In this document: piece after piece, positions 51,160 through 64,000 of the stretch | Numbering within the stretch: the first letter of the stretch is position 1 | Layout of the letters: every line of letters begins with the position of its first letter | Assembly: GCF_036321535.1 (NCBI RefSeq) | Contig: NC_087436.1 | Span: 38,442,001 to 38,506,000 of the forward strand | Length of the DNA: 64,000 nucleotides | Source: Camelus dromedarius | Lineage: Eukaryota | Reading direction: 5' to 3' | Notes under the pieces: generated by a model | What the model saw: the letters and a program-made list of their open reading frames with translations, nothing else | Databases searched by the model: none | Told to the model about the DNA's origin: nothing | Translations under genes and position numbers: made by a program

Positions 51160-54027
51160 TCTTATTTTAGGGTACATTTAGATATTTTATTCACCATGTT
51201 ATTTTTTTTTTGAAATTTGAAATACATTTTTGGATGTATTTTTTTAAATTGGACTTTTAAAAATATTGCACTAAAATATAATTTATTTTATTTACTTGGC
51301 TTTTTGGCACACCCTCAAATTTTGTGTGTCAGGATTCACTCACTCACTATTATGTATCTGCCTTGGACCAAGAGCCTGAAAGTTAAACATAATTTCCAGG
51401 TATAGACAGCAGAGGGCAGCAAAGGGCAGTGGAGCAAGTGCTCACTGCGAAGGCCTGGGCGTCCCTCTCTTTTCAGTCTTCGTGGAGGTAAAAATCAATT
51501 AGGAGGTAGGAGACTACCAGAGTGCCACAGTCAGGAGAGAAATTATTCCCAGGGACATGGACCCAGAATGAAGATTATGCTGAAGAGGCAGTGGAAATGT
51601 TTAGCCTCAATTCACAGACTGGTATCTGTGTAGAGATGTGAACAATTAGACATCAGGAGGTGAAGCATCAGTCAGAGCACTTCACAGTCTGCTACTTCCA
51701 GCCTGCCCAACGCCCGAGGTCTCGCTCCTTAAAGCAACAGGCGTCTACTATTCACTTCGGGAGCTGATAAAAACTTCCTGTCTGAGAGTTGGTCCGTGCA
51801 ACCAGCAGTGGCTAAGGGTTCCACAACCAGCCATCTTGAGGGGTATGGGCACCAAATGCAAACACTGACAGTTAACAGAAACACTCAAACACATGCCAAT
51901 TAAATAATTTTGGAGCCAACCTAAACATGATGTGGCTTAAATATTTTTGCTTCTCTCCTTCAGAGGGGAAACATTGTTTAGTTGTGGAAACACCATATGG
52001 CTTTGAAATTAGACAAACATGACTCTATAAATAGGTATATGGCTCTCAGTTACTTTATCAAACCTCAGTTTCTCCATAGGTAAAACTAGAAATAATGATT
52101 CTTAACTCAGAAATCTGCTGCACAGAAATGAGATGAGGTACTTCAACTGCCTGGCAAACAGCTTGGCAACTTGTACTTACTCTGTCAACACCACTCCCTG
52201 TTCTGTCTCCCTCTCTTGGTCAGGGAACAGCACCCATGGTATCACCTGCTATTTCTGAATATAAAGCCCCACTTTCTCCTTTAGGACATAGCCAACATTA
52301 ACTGATGGATTACTGTTACATACCATAGTAAGTTTTCTGAAGTATTATTACCTCATTCAATTCTCATAACAAGCGTATGAAGAAGGTACTTTTATCATCA
52401 TCTCTATTTTACAAGTAAGGACATTGAGGCTTTAAAGTACAACTGGTTTTCCTAGTCTTCTCATGTAGGTCATAAATAATAAAGGGAGATTCAAATCTAG
52501 GTAACTGGATTCCAGAACTCACACTCTTGACACTACACAATCTGTTTTCTAATACAAACATTTAAAAATCCGAGGGAAAAGCAGAATTAAGAAAACAGCC
52601 TTGTCTTTGCAGTGTGCTTAGATGTTGGTACTGGAGGCATAGGATCACCTCTTCTATTTGACATTTAGGGTGAAAGTTCAGTATTCAATGAAATAAGAGA
52701 GGCAGAGAGTGGAGATAATCTGGGAAGTGGGGAAGGTGCAGAGATATGCCTGCCTGCATTTCTTGCCTTAAATAGATTCTGACAGATGCTTGATAAGAGG
52801 CCAGAAAGTGCTGCCCAGTGAGCCCCTGTGGTTCTAAATACAGTGAAGCATGTCCAGGCTAGCACTGACCCTTCAAAAGGGGGGCAAAGTCTCCGGGCCC
52901 CACTATCTCAGATGCCGCATCTGTGCTAGTTTGGTTTTAAAATGAGGGCCCTTAACAAGGTCAAAAGGCCTAGAAAGATCTGTGCTTCTGGCCTCCACCC
53001 ACCTTTTCAGAATTAAGTCCCTTTTTTGTGTCTTCTGTTAGTGTCTCCAATTCAGCAAACTCTTTCCATTCTCTGAAATTTCATATACTCAAATTCTATC
53101 CCTTCAGCATGAAAATATGAAACATCCTTTCCCAACATACACTCTTTTCATCTTTCTTTCTTTCTCTCTCCCACCCTGACTCCTCCCCTGCCCCAGTCAA
53201 TTCCAAATTATCTTTTAAAGTTCATTTCAAATGAGCTCTTTAAAGAAGCCTTCCTTGCCTGTCCTCTCCACAAAGTCAGGTGTCCTTCTTTTAATTGCTC
53301 ATGTCACTCTTTTTTTTTTTTTTTTGTAGTACCTAAAAGAGACTGGTGTTAACATAGTTACCGGTGAAACTCTGTTTAACTTCTGTCTCCCCCATTCAAA
53401 TCTAGGTTTTGTGAGAGTTGAGTCTGAGTGCCTTTTGCTCCCTTCTGCTCCAAGACCTAACCAAGTGCCTGTCTTTTAGTACAGGCTCAGACACTCTCTG
53501 TTGAATGAATGAAATAAAAGAAAGACAAGACTATTTCAGATTATCTCTTTTTTTTCTTCATCCATGGCAGAAAGCTATTCATTCATTTATTCAATAAAAT
53601 TGTTTTGAATTCCTCAAATGTGCTAATGCCTGGGAGAATTAAATGATAAATCAGATATAGACTCTTTCCTTGAGGTCCCTAGAGTCTAATGGGGAATAAA
53701 AGACATGGATTCAGATGACTATTACAGGAGCTTACAAGGGAAACCACACACTTTGTTGGTATGATCGAATTTCAGTCCTCCACAGCTGTCAAAGGAAAGA
53801 GGCTGTCCCTGTGAGAAGAGGTGAGGGGGCTCCAGTGCCCGGAGGCTGTGGGACCTCTTGAGTCGGCTGGATTTGAATCCTTCAGTTACATTATGGCGGC
53901 CTGGCTTCACAGTATCTAAATTATCTGTGCATCAGCCTCCTCATCTGTATGATGGTCAGTTTTCCAGTGGAAATAGAGTGCTGTCTTTACATGAAGTGTA
54001 TTTAGCAGATTACTCTAGGTTTCATAA

Positions 54028-54880
54028 CACGGAAGAAGATATACAGATGGCAAATAAGCACATGAAAAGATATTCAGCATCATTAACTGTTAGGGAAATG
54101 CAAATTAAATCCACAATGAGATGGCACTACAGAGCTATCAGAATGACTAAAATAAAAAATGACGCCACCAAATGTTTGTGTGGATGTGGGGAAACTGAAT
54201 CATACAGTGCTGGTGAGAATGTGAAATTGTACAGCCATTCTGGAAAACAATTGGACAGTTTCTTAAAAAACAAAAGACACAACTACCACACAACCCAACA
54301 TCTGCCCAGAGAAATGGATACTTAAGTTAACACAAAAACCTAAACACAAATGTTTGCTGCAGCTTTATAACAGCCCAGAACTGAAGATGACTCAGGGGTC
54401 CCTCAACAGTTGGTTCAGCAAACTGTGATACATCATTATCATGGGATATTACTAAAAGTTACAAAGAAACAAACTATTATTAATGCCTGCAACAATCAAT
54501 GAACCTCCAATTATGCTGAGTAGAACAGAGCAAATCCCAGAGGATACTATGATCCCATCGATATAACATCCTTGAAATGTCAAAATTAAAGAAATGGAAA
54601 ACAGATGAGTGGTTGCCAGGGATTAAAGATGGCAAAAGTGGGAGGGAAGTCTGTGCGGCTATAAAAGGGTAACATAAAGGTCCTTGAGGTGATGAAAATG
54701 TTCTGTGTCTTGACTGTATCGATGTTAATATCCTAGTTATGATACTGTAGTGTAGTTCAAAGAGATAGTACCATTGCGAGGAACTGGATAAAAGGTTACA
54801 GATTCTCTCTCTATTACTTCTGGTAGCTGCAAGTGAATCTACAGTTATCTCAAAATAAGGATTAACCTTAAAAAATCAAA
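54028..54880 (+). mobile_element. L1MC/MB-type 3' portion
   Basis: Translates as EEDIQMANKHMKRYSASLTVREMQIKSTMRWHY (L1 ORF2 C-terminus), followed by L1 3' UTR. Confidence 0.85.
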
Positions 54881-56708
54881 AGATGGAAGCAAAATCAGGG
54901 AAACAAGTATGTCAGTTTGTCATTGTGACATGAGCCTCAGAACCTTGATGTCATAATGGCCGGTGATCTTGACTTCTACAGAACCCTCATGCTTCCAGCA
55001 TTTGTTCACAGTACTCTGCCAAGTGCTGTAGACACACTCGGTCTTCAGTGCCAAGAACTGAAGAAAAAAGGATGTTCACGTCAATCATTCTGAGCTTTTA
55101 GGTGGTCATTCAAGGCTTTACCGCATAAGGTATAATTTTAATATACTATTTTTGATCATCAGAGCAGACTGGTGGCCATAGGAGGTGTTTTGTTTTGTTT
55201 CCTCTAAAACATATGAACTAATTTTTAACTTCAGGACTGATTTCATGAAAAGCTACTCATGTTCCTAAGATTCAGCGCTGCTGAGCGCAAGCAAGCAGGT
55301 TTTACATTCTTGGGGCTGGGGAGTGTCACCTTCTTGACTCCATGGGAAAGAATTTTCTTTAGATCTATGAAAATATTTGCTCTGTTTATCAAAGAGTTTT
55401 TATGTTCTGTTCAATTTAGTTGTTTTAACCTATTATGACCAGAGAGTTCTGTTAGAGCATAGTCATAGCTCACCCAAATAACAGGTAAGCACTTCCTTGT
55501 ATTCAGAAACATTTTGATGTTTCCAGTATTATTTGCAGATCTTTGAGAAAATTTCCCAAATCTGAATATTGATTTAGATGAGATTGGAGTCAATTTAGCA
55601 GAATCCTCAGTTATCTAAATTTTTTTGTTAACTGAAACCAAATTGCAATTACTTCCCTGCAAATCTCCATATCATTTTATTTTATCTATGTTAGGCCACA
55701 ATTTTTTTTTTAACCTTCTTGTAATACACTCTATCTTTGACCTCTTGGTTCTTGGTTCTCCCCTTCTCAAAGTTTGTGATCAGCTTTGCTGCTTTCTCCT
55801 TTCGCCCACCTCTAAGAGTCGGCTGCCTCGGGGCTTTATCCCCTAAACTATTCTCCATCCACATCAACTCCCTAAGTGACCTCATTTCTTTCAATTAGTT
55901 TTCTATAACTTGCTGGCTCCTGAATTTGAGCTGTGGAGCCCTGTTTAGGAGACTGAGGCTAATTTTTAGTGTCAACCTTGACATTTAACATAAACCCCAT
56001 CATATACTTGACCAGTGACTAGCTGTTCTGTGGTGTTTGATGTTTTGCAGGAAAAGCCCTTCTGTTGAGGTGCACACTCACAGTGAAAATACTACATCAT
56101 CTGAGGGCGCCATAATACCCTGCTGATCTGATCCACAGCCCCGCAGAACTCAAAAGAGGCTGCAGGAGGCAGAAGCAGCACCTCTTCTCGTTTAGTGATT
56201 TGTTTCTTATGTCTGATACCAAGTACACACGCACTACGTGCTCTCCTGATTATCACAAAGTTGCACGTTCACTAACCCTTACTGTAAGAAAATATTACAG
56301 GCAAGGTCTCTCTTGCCTGGGGCTTACAGATGATAAAAGTAAGAGGGGGAGAACTACAGATTGTTATTGGTGATTCTGATATAAGGTAGGCAGGATGCTA
56401 TGCAGAGAAGGTGATGGGACCATATCAGAGAGGGGTTATCTACCAGGATTGCTCAGGTGGCAGCCTTTACACTGGACCTTACCAGACAAAGTGGCTGCAC
56501 CTTCTAGGTCGAGGGACAGCAGGCCTGAGTGGGTGCAGCTTGGCCCCTTGGAGGGAGGAGTTCTGGGAAGGCCAAAAGTGTGCATCATGATATTAGATAT
56601 GATACTATGGTCAGGGAATCCAGTCACACAGGGTCTCCACAGGCCATAGTAAGGGGCTGAAATACTATGCTGAAGGGTTTTTAACTAGGACAGTGAACAT
56701 ACTTGGTT

Positions 56709-56929
56709 TGTATTAGCAAAATTTTCTGCATGTGGAGGGGAGAGAGAGAAATCTCTCCCCCTCCTCTTATAAGCCCACAAATCCTTTGGATTAGAATCTG
56801 ACTTTTATGACCTAATTTAACCTTAATCACATCCTAAAAGCTCTGTCTCCAAATATAGCCATACTGGCAGTGAGGGCTTCAATGTGGGGTGTTAGGGTGG
56901 ACAGGGGAGGCACAATCCCGTCCACAGCA
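56709..56929 (-). mobile_element. MaLR LTR fragment (internally deleted)
   Basis: tatgacctaatttaaccttaatcac..ctaaaag..tctccaaata...cacaatcccgtccacagca. Confidence 0.7.
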
Positions 56930-58314
56930 ATAACCAGAAGGACCAAATGTACAAGTTCTTACCACGATTTTTAGAAAGTTACCTACAAGATCATTCCCAT
57001 AATAACTTTTGGGTATATTCATGATCATTGTTAATATGAAAAAAAAATTATATTTTTTCCAGAAACAGCAACTAAACAGAAATAGCCTCCTGTGATGATA
57101 AACTTATTTCTTCCCTGTCCTGTCTCACTCATAGATGGGGGATTGTGTTATGCCCTGAATCAACCTATTCAGATTAATAATCTGAGTTTAGCACCGAGTT
57201 TTTCCACTTAGTCATAAGAAGGGCAGGGGACTGAGGTTCAGTTCTATCTCAGCTCACCTTGACTTCAGCTGGAAACTCACTCACCTTCAGGCTGATACTT
57301 CAGAAACCAACACAAATGGAATAAATAGTTGACTAACTGCCACCTCTGTATTTGGTCGAAATAAGTAAATTTCAGTTTTGGTGTAATAATAAAGGGGATT
57401 TAAATGTTTGTTTCTTCACAAGGAAATTATATTTCTCCGGTTGTATGAGATGTTAATATTCAGTGAAAACTGTTTTGAGGTTTTTGTCATTTTTTTCACA
57501 CTACATATATTATAAAGAATTAAAGTCAGACAAAACCTTCAGTATCACTTTTGATATTCATTATAATGCTTAATAAGTTATTTTTCAAATAAAATCATTT
57601 TTAAGAACATGATCTGCTTTATAAATATTAAGATACTAATACCAGTAGAGGCCCATGAAGAATTTACAAATAGAAAGGGACTGTGCATAGCTCACACCAT
57701 CTTTGGACATCAATATCCTCAAATTTAGTTATTAAAGAATACAGAGTCAATGAAAGACAAATTTTACTTAGGTGGAAAGACGAAGATTACTGTTAACTTA
57801 GTGAAATGACAGATACTTACAGAATACACCACAACCCCTACTCCCAAGCTTCTAAGGGAACACCCCTGTCTTAGAATAGGGGAAATTTCCCTAGAATCCT
57901 ACAGCACGGCTCACTCTGGCTCACCCTCTGGTATCAAGGCTGAGGTAGAGGAAAGCAAGTGGTATCTTGCCTTGTTAATAGATCGTAATAAGGCATACAC
58001 AACAGAAATAGAAATTGCAGTCCTCCTCTCCCTGCTCCTCCTTGAGCCAATTTCTTCTGAAAAAAATCTCACTGAGTCAGTGACTGAGTGTGAAGATACA
58101 GTGGGATGCCTAGGAGAATCCTCTGGAGTATAAAGCTTTGTTGTGATACGTTTTAAATAGTTCCAAGCTAACATCTGGCTTTGTCATGAGACTTGTCACT
58201 TCATTCCCACCCCAAATAAAAGAACAATCCTGTCAGAAAGCCTGGTGGCTCTGGGGGAAGATGAGGAATGAGGAGGAAGGTACTTCAGAGAACTATAGGT
58301 CAACAGCCATCGAT

Positions 58315-58530
58315 GCCAAGTGGTTGCAAGCATAGGCTCACAAGTCAGGCTATCTGGGTTCAAATCCCATTTTTTGTTGCTTTTGGCAATTTACTTAACC
58401 TCTCTGTGAGTTTGCCCATCTATAAAATGGAGCTAATAATGACTACCTGGTGTAGTTGTTTGGCAATTAAATGAAACCAATGTTTATAAAATATTTAGAA
58501 CAGTGCTTGGCATGTGGTTAAGTGCTCCGT
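58315..58530 (+). mobile_element. MIR SINE
   Basis: ctgggttcaaatccc...acttaacctctctgtg..agtttgcccatctataaaatgg. Confidence 0.8.
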
Positions 58531-61500
58531 GTTACAGGAGAATGAAAGCCATGCTCTAGGTTTTTGGATAACTTCTTGGTTTAGTTTCAAGGGAGTGCAT
58601 AATCTTGGCACTTTATTGAACTAAAAAGAGAATTACTGAAAAGGGTTTTTCCAAGTCAGTATATTTGGAAGTTTCCACACAGCACACTGAGTGTCTATAC
58701 ACTCAAAAAAAAAAAAAAATCTGTAAAATCCAGCAGATATGTATCTATCTTTCCCACTGGCCATATATTTTTAGCTTGATAATGCCTTTAGTGTTACAAA
58801 CTAGAAAAATAATTGTATCTGATGATTGACTGTGTTTTATAAAATCTTCAAATACACAGACATAGGGTAAAAATGTTGAAACAGAAAGTAGCAAAAGGCC
58901 ATCTTGTATCACAAGGCGTGTTTCCATCCTATTTATATTCATGGTGCCCTAAGCTTTAAATTTAGATTACCCTTCAGGTGGGCTTCCTGAAAAATTATTT
59001 TCATTTCATAAACCCTTTGAAGAGTTGTAGCTGAACTGTTTCATGACTCAGTGGAGTCATGGAATTTCTGTACATAAGGTGTCTCTGATCTCATTCAACC
59101 TTGAGTGTTTCTACATGTGCTTCTGAATAGTTCTGAATAGCAGGGTGTCCCAGTGCAGTGTGCCCAAGTTCCCTAAGCATCCTTCACAGGGCTTATAGCT
59201 ATGATTAAATCCCAGACCCACCTGAGCATTAAATTTGTGAATTAACCAAGAGACATGGTGGTTTCCATGTCAGAAGACAAAAGAGAATAGGCAGAAATTG
59301 TTAGAAAGCAATTTGACTGGTGACAATCACCTGACTTTCCAGAGATAAACGGGAAGGAACTATGTCCATCATTTACATATATGACATCCTGGCCACCGGT
59401 CTGCGATTGATTGACTGATTGACTGATTAATTGATTTTTAAGTTGGGTTCAGTCTGTACACTAACAGGTTTTCGGTTTAGCTAGAATCTAAGAGAAAATG
59501 GTATGAACAAAATCTTAAGAAAGGAATTTCATGCTTTAAAAGCTAGAAAATCTTAAAAATTAAGGTTGAAAATGTATTTTAAATCTTTTTTGTCTGTCTC
59601 TGTTAAGAAAAAATTGCATAACTATTTTTATAAATCATATATCATGGATCTTTGTTCAGTCCCTCCAATACTTTTTGAAGCAAGACATGAATAAGAAATT
59701 AATTATAATAATTACAAAATTTACATATATAATATATAATAACAAACATAGAATAAGTGAGTTAATGGTTCTCTAAAAAAGCTCTAAAATATAAAGCACG
59801 GTCCACACTCAATTCTCAGCATCGCCTATTTGCTACCACCAAGGTAGTGTTTTCAGGGCCTTCCTGGACCAGCCTCTGCTCAACATACACTTTGAAAAGG
59901 CCTACCTAACCATTCCCTGTGCTGTGCACAGAGAGTAGTAGAGATGAAGGAGGCATGCTCTGCCCTGGAGTGGTGAGAACTAGCATTTTATCATGAACAC
60001 AGGTGCTCCCATTACATTTAAGAAACAAACTAACAGAGGTCTTTTCTGGTTATCTTTCCAGGTATGAAAAGATCTTTAAGGTAAAAATTAAATACCACTG
60101 AGCACCATGTGGACTGCCAACTGTATAGACAAAGCATGAGAAGCCTGCATCGATGCCAGAAAGTCCTTTTTCTTGCATTGGCCCACCGAGAACTTCACGG
60201 CCACCTTCAGGTAAGACCTACAGCTTGGTCCTGTATTTACAGGAGTTAAAAAGGAAAACATTTAAATCTGATTGTATATTAAGCCAGTGACTCACTTTTT
60301 GACCTCCCATAATGACACCTGTATGCCTTCTACTTTCTAAAAAAAAAGAAAGGTTTTTATATGCAAATGCCTGCATATCGATAATAAATAGTGGGAATTA
60401 CTGGAGTCATTCCATTTGGTTTTGATCAGTGGCTTTTCAGATGGGCTGTAGGAGCTACCTGGGGAGGTGGATCTTCATGTGTTCATGGTGTTCATGCATG
60501 CGGAAGGAGGATCACGAGAGCAGATCTCTAGGGCCCCTCTCTAACAACCTGCCCTCTAATGCCCTGTGTTTTAAAATCACTGGAGTATCTTTCTTGAGCA
60601 AGCACTATTAAATAGTCCAATTACATTTGAAAAAAATGCCTTTATATTCCCACAATAATTCCTTTAAAAACAGGATTTAATTATACAAATAAAAGAATTG
60701 TATCATCAAATATTAGGTTGCCTGAATTGCTGTGTTCAGATTACCTTATTTGGTATCTATAGAGAGGTGACAATCTAAAACAAAGGTATGAATCCATGGA
60801 ATGCTGATCAGTTTTCCAAGGCACAGTCTTAGGTTGGAGTGAGGATGGGGTATGTGGGCATCCTGAGTTGACACTCCTGGGTCCACAGGGCTCATGCAAC
60901 ACTCACATCTGCCACCTGGAACAACCACACCCCAAGTCTCATGCTTTTCATGCACATCAAGTGTTCATCTCATGCACTTAACTCTTCTTTCTTGCCCTCC
61001 TCACTGCATGCTACCAAAATCTCATGTATCATGAAGAGAAGACAAGTAAAATGTTGCCAAGTTGCTAATTTACACAATTCTGGAGTGTGGCTGTTGATTT
61101 AAGGAAAATTGCCAAAGCTTTTTGGGAAGAACTATATATTTGTATTGTTCTCTACGTATCTTTTTGGCATGAATTACTTCTCTAAAGATTAACAGTTGCT
61201 ATGGCTTAACATCTTTTCCATGTTGCAGGTGAAAGGAAGCAGTTTTAATTGGGAATATACAAAGGTTTTGATAAGAGAGTGTCCAAGAGACTTTTTTTCT
61301 AGTGAGAGGGGAAATGTGGAAGCCGTGTTTACACATGTTATATTGGTTAAAAGGCTGTGCATATACATATAGGCATTTATAACAACACCTGGCACCCAGC
61401 GCTTTTGCTATTTGCTATTTTACTCTTCTGCAGACTGGCATGAGTAATTAGAAGCTGTGTCCATGTACATATGCAGGTTGGGGAGCTAAGTGGGCATTCT

Positions 61501-61549
61501 ACTTTCCTGATGAAATGGGTCCTGAAATGGTGATGGAGGGGTCAGGAGC

Positions 61550-61922
61550 AGTACTGCTGGTAGGAATATAAAATGTGGCAGCCACTGCTGAACATGCAAG
61601 AGAAATGAAATCATATGTCCACCTAAAAATTTATACACTAACGTTCATAGCAGCATTATTCATGATAGCCCCCCCCCAAAAAAAAGAAAAGTAAAACTAA
61701 GTGTTTATCAACTAAGGAGGGTTTTTTAAAAATGTGGTATGGGGCTGAGGAGAGAGGAAAGGGAGTGACTGCTTAATGGGAGTGACACAGGGTATTTTGC
61801 TTTTGGGTGATGAAAACATCGATAATGGTGATAATGGTGATGGTTGCACAATACAGTTAATGTACTGAAGGTCACTAATAGCCAATTTTATGCTATGTGT
61901 AATTTACCACAATAAATAAAAG
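61550..61922 (+). mobile_element. Old L1 3' fragments
   Basis: tgctggtaggaatataaaatg; gttcatagcagcattattcatgatagcc; tggtgatggttgcaca; A-rich end. Confidence 0.7.
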
Positions 61923-63462
61923 CCTAGTAAGTGATAAGTCTATGTATGAATGAGCCTTAAAACATTTTCAGCTTTGGATATTAAATGCTGCAGAAACTTT
62001 AGCAGAAAAGATACCAATCTTTGATAATTCAGCAGTAGGTGGATTGATCTTGTTCAGAGGATCATACTAATGAAAAAAGTTTTCTAAGAACTAATTCAAT
62101 GTATTACAATCTGCTATATGCTATATGCATAAAGAAATGAAATACTGCAGGGTTTTTTTCCTAAATAGATATTCTTGTTTCTAGGACAGATAGTTCCATT
62201 CAAATGCCAATTCCTAAGTATGTGTTAATTTGAATAGTAATGTTCTTTATATTTAAATAGCACTTCCGGGTACAGGAACACTCTGAGGTATAATTAACCC
62301 TTTCAGTTCTAGAAACTGAAGCTCAGAGTGGTTAAGTGACCTGCCCATGATTACACAGTTTGCATCATACAGTTGCAATTAAGTGTTTAGATTCCAAATG
62401 AACTTCTCTTCCACTTTAATATCTACTTTCCATTGCTGTAATACTGCTTGTAAAAGAGCAGGGCCCATCAAAAGCCCAGTTACGAGGATGGTACAATCTA
62501 CACATGCATACACATCAGTAACAACTGGATGCTGATAGTTTTACCTGGAATGGTGCTTAATATGTTAATATAAGTATTTAATGTAGTTTAATTTTTCTCC
62601 CACTTTTTAATGTTGCAGTTCTTCAAAACTAAAGGAAAAATGGCACTCTTTCTTTCAAAGGTATTTTGTTAGTATAACACATATTTTAAATCTTTAATCC
62701 ATGATAAAAGAGTGCAAATCTCTGCAAGGCAGTGCCCCCAAGCTTTCCTCCTTCTCATTGGTAGGAACTGTTAGACTACCCTTGAATAACTTCTTTAGAT
62801 TTACCCTGGTTGCTACTGCAAATAATGTTCTCTCATTTACATGCATGTTCTGCTTATTTTTCCTTGTTCTGGTTATCACTCTCATCTTCCCCTTCTCTCC
62901 ATCCTAATGATTGGAGCTAACATTATTCTCAAAATATATATTAAATTTCCATAAGTGCAGGTTACTTACTCTACTGAGTGATTCTCAAAGCAACTGCTAC
63001 TTCCTACCCTTGAAGCCAGGAAGGCACTGGGCCCTCCAATCTAGGTAGGACAAGCTCTGAGGACATGGATCTGCTCCCCAAATATTGCATGACAAAGGCA
63101 AACTGTTATTTCCTGGGTCATATCTTATTTTCCTGAAATATTATTGCATATTTTCTCCCAACCCCTAATTTGATTTTGCTGAGTCTATCTATATACTTTT
63201 GAAAATAACAAAGTATATTTAAAATATTAGCAATATAGATTGATTTGAAAATAAGCTAATAGCTAATCCATCCGCTCAATTTTGGGTTTTTATTGAATTT
63301 GATTAGGCACATCAATCTAGCCAAAGAGAAGGACCAGCCAAAACGCATCCCCCTCAAAACCTTCCCTGAGGACATCAAGAACTGTGCCTGGGTAAGTGCT
63401 TTTAGGACCAAAAATTAAATTCCAAGTTCCTGACTTAGAAAAATGAAAGTGACAGAGATAGG

Positions 63463-63556
63463 GATAGATGGATGCATGGACAGATCGATCGATAGATAGA
63501 GACAGAGAAAGAGAGACAGGGAGAGTAGAAGGGAGAAAGACAGAAGAAGAGGAGAA
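63463..63556. repeat. Degenerate (GATA)/(GA) low-complexity tract
   Basis: Seen directly. Confidence 0.7.
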
Positions 63557-64000
63557 TTTAGAAAGCACTTTGTGGGAACATGTATTTTGCTGTAAAAATG
63601 TGTGTCTTTCTATATATAAAAAGTGAATCCCATGCAACATAAATCAAGAAGAATCCACCACAGCTACAGTGCTTAAGCATGGAAAGAACAGTGCCAGTTA
63701 GGTGTCCATAGTATTTCTCTGGATCCCTCTAATAGCAATTATAGTTGATTAACAAAGTGATTGTTACAAGCAGGTATTTCCTCTTGGAATTAAACTTTTT
63801 TTCCCCTAAGTGTTGCTACTTACATACATTGTGGTTTGGGTTGTTCCCATAGGGTTGTTTTTTTATTTTTTTTCCCTGTAATGTTTTATTTGGAATAATT
63901 ACAAACTTACAGAAAAATCACAAAACACCCCATATACCCTTTATCTAGATTTACCTATTTAGTAACATTTTGCCTTATTTCTTTCTCTGTCTCCCTCTCT

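Noticed and set aside
53858..54325. 155-aa ORF
   Set aside because: Chance fusion of MIR-derived sequence with an L1 ORF2 C-terminal fragment

Overview
Mammalian genomic DNA, AT-rich and repeat-rich. It carries one intact protein-coding gene: MAD2L1 (spindle-checkpoint protein Mad2) on the + strand. It has five coding exons (33730-33802, 34593-34739, 37706-37826, 38885-38988, 39701-39873; 618 nt, 205 aa), a CpG-island promoter with NRF1, CCAAT, GC-box, CHR and E2F-like motifs, and an AATAAA at 40510. About 17 kb upstream lies a decayed, intronless LTV1 retrocopy (~15324-16703). The rest is mostly interspersed repeats: L1s (including a younger, 5'-inverted twin-primed copy nested in an old L1), MaLR and other LTRs, MIR, L2, and hAT/Tigger-type DNA elements. 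I saw no Alu, B1, Bov-A/tA, PRE1, ERE or Can-SINE elements. Together with the style of the L1 3' ends, this tentatively suggests a camelid or similar laurasiatherian. Repeat family names come from recalled consensus sequences and need a RepeatMasker check. I found no convincing new protein-coding system. The best leads are non-coding: a possible divergent spliced transcript and an upstream mini-intron at the MAD2L1 promoter, an orphan strongly defined exon at ~60.1 kb, CTCF-like motifs flanking the gene in divergent orientation, and the twin-primed L1.
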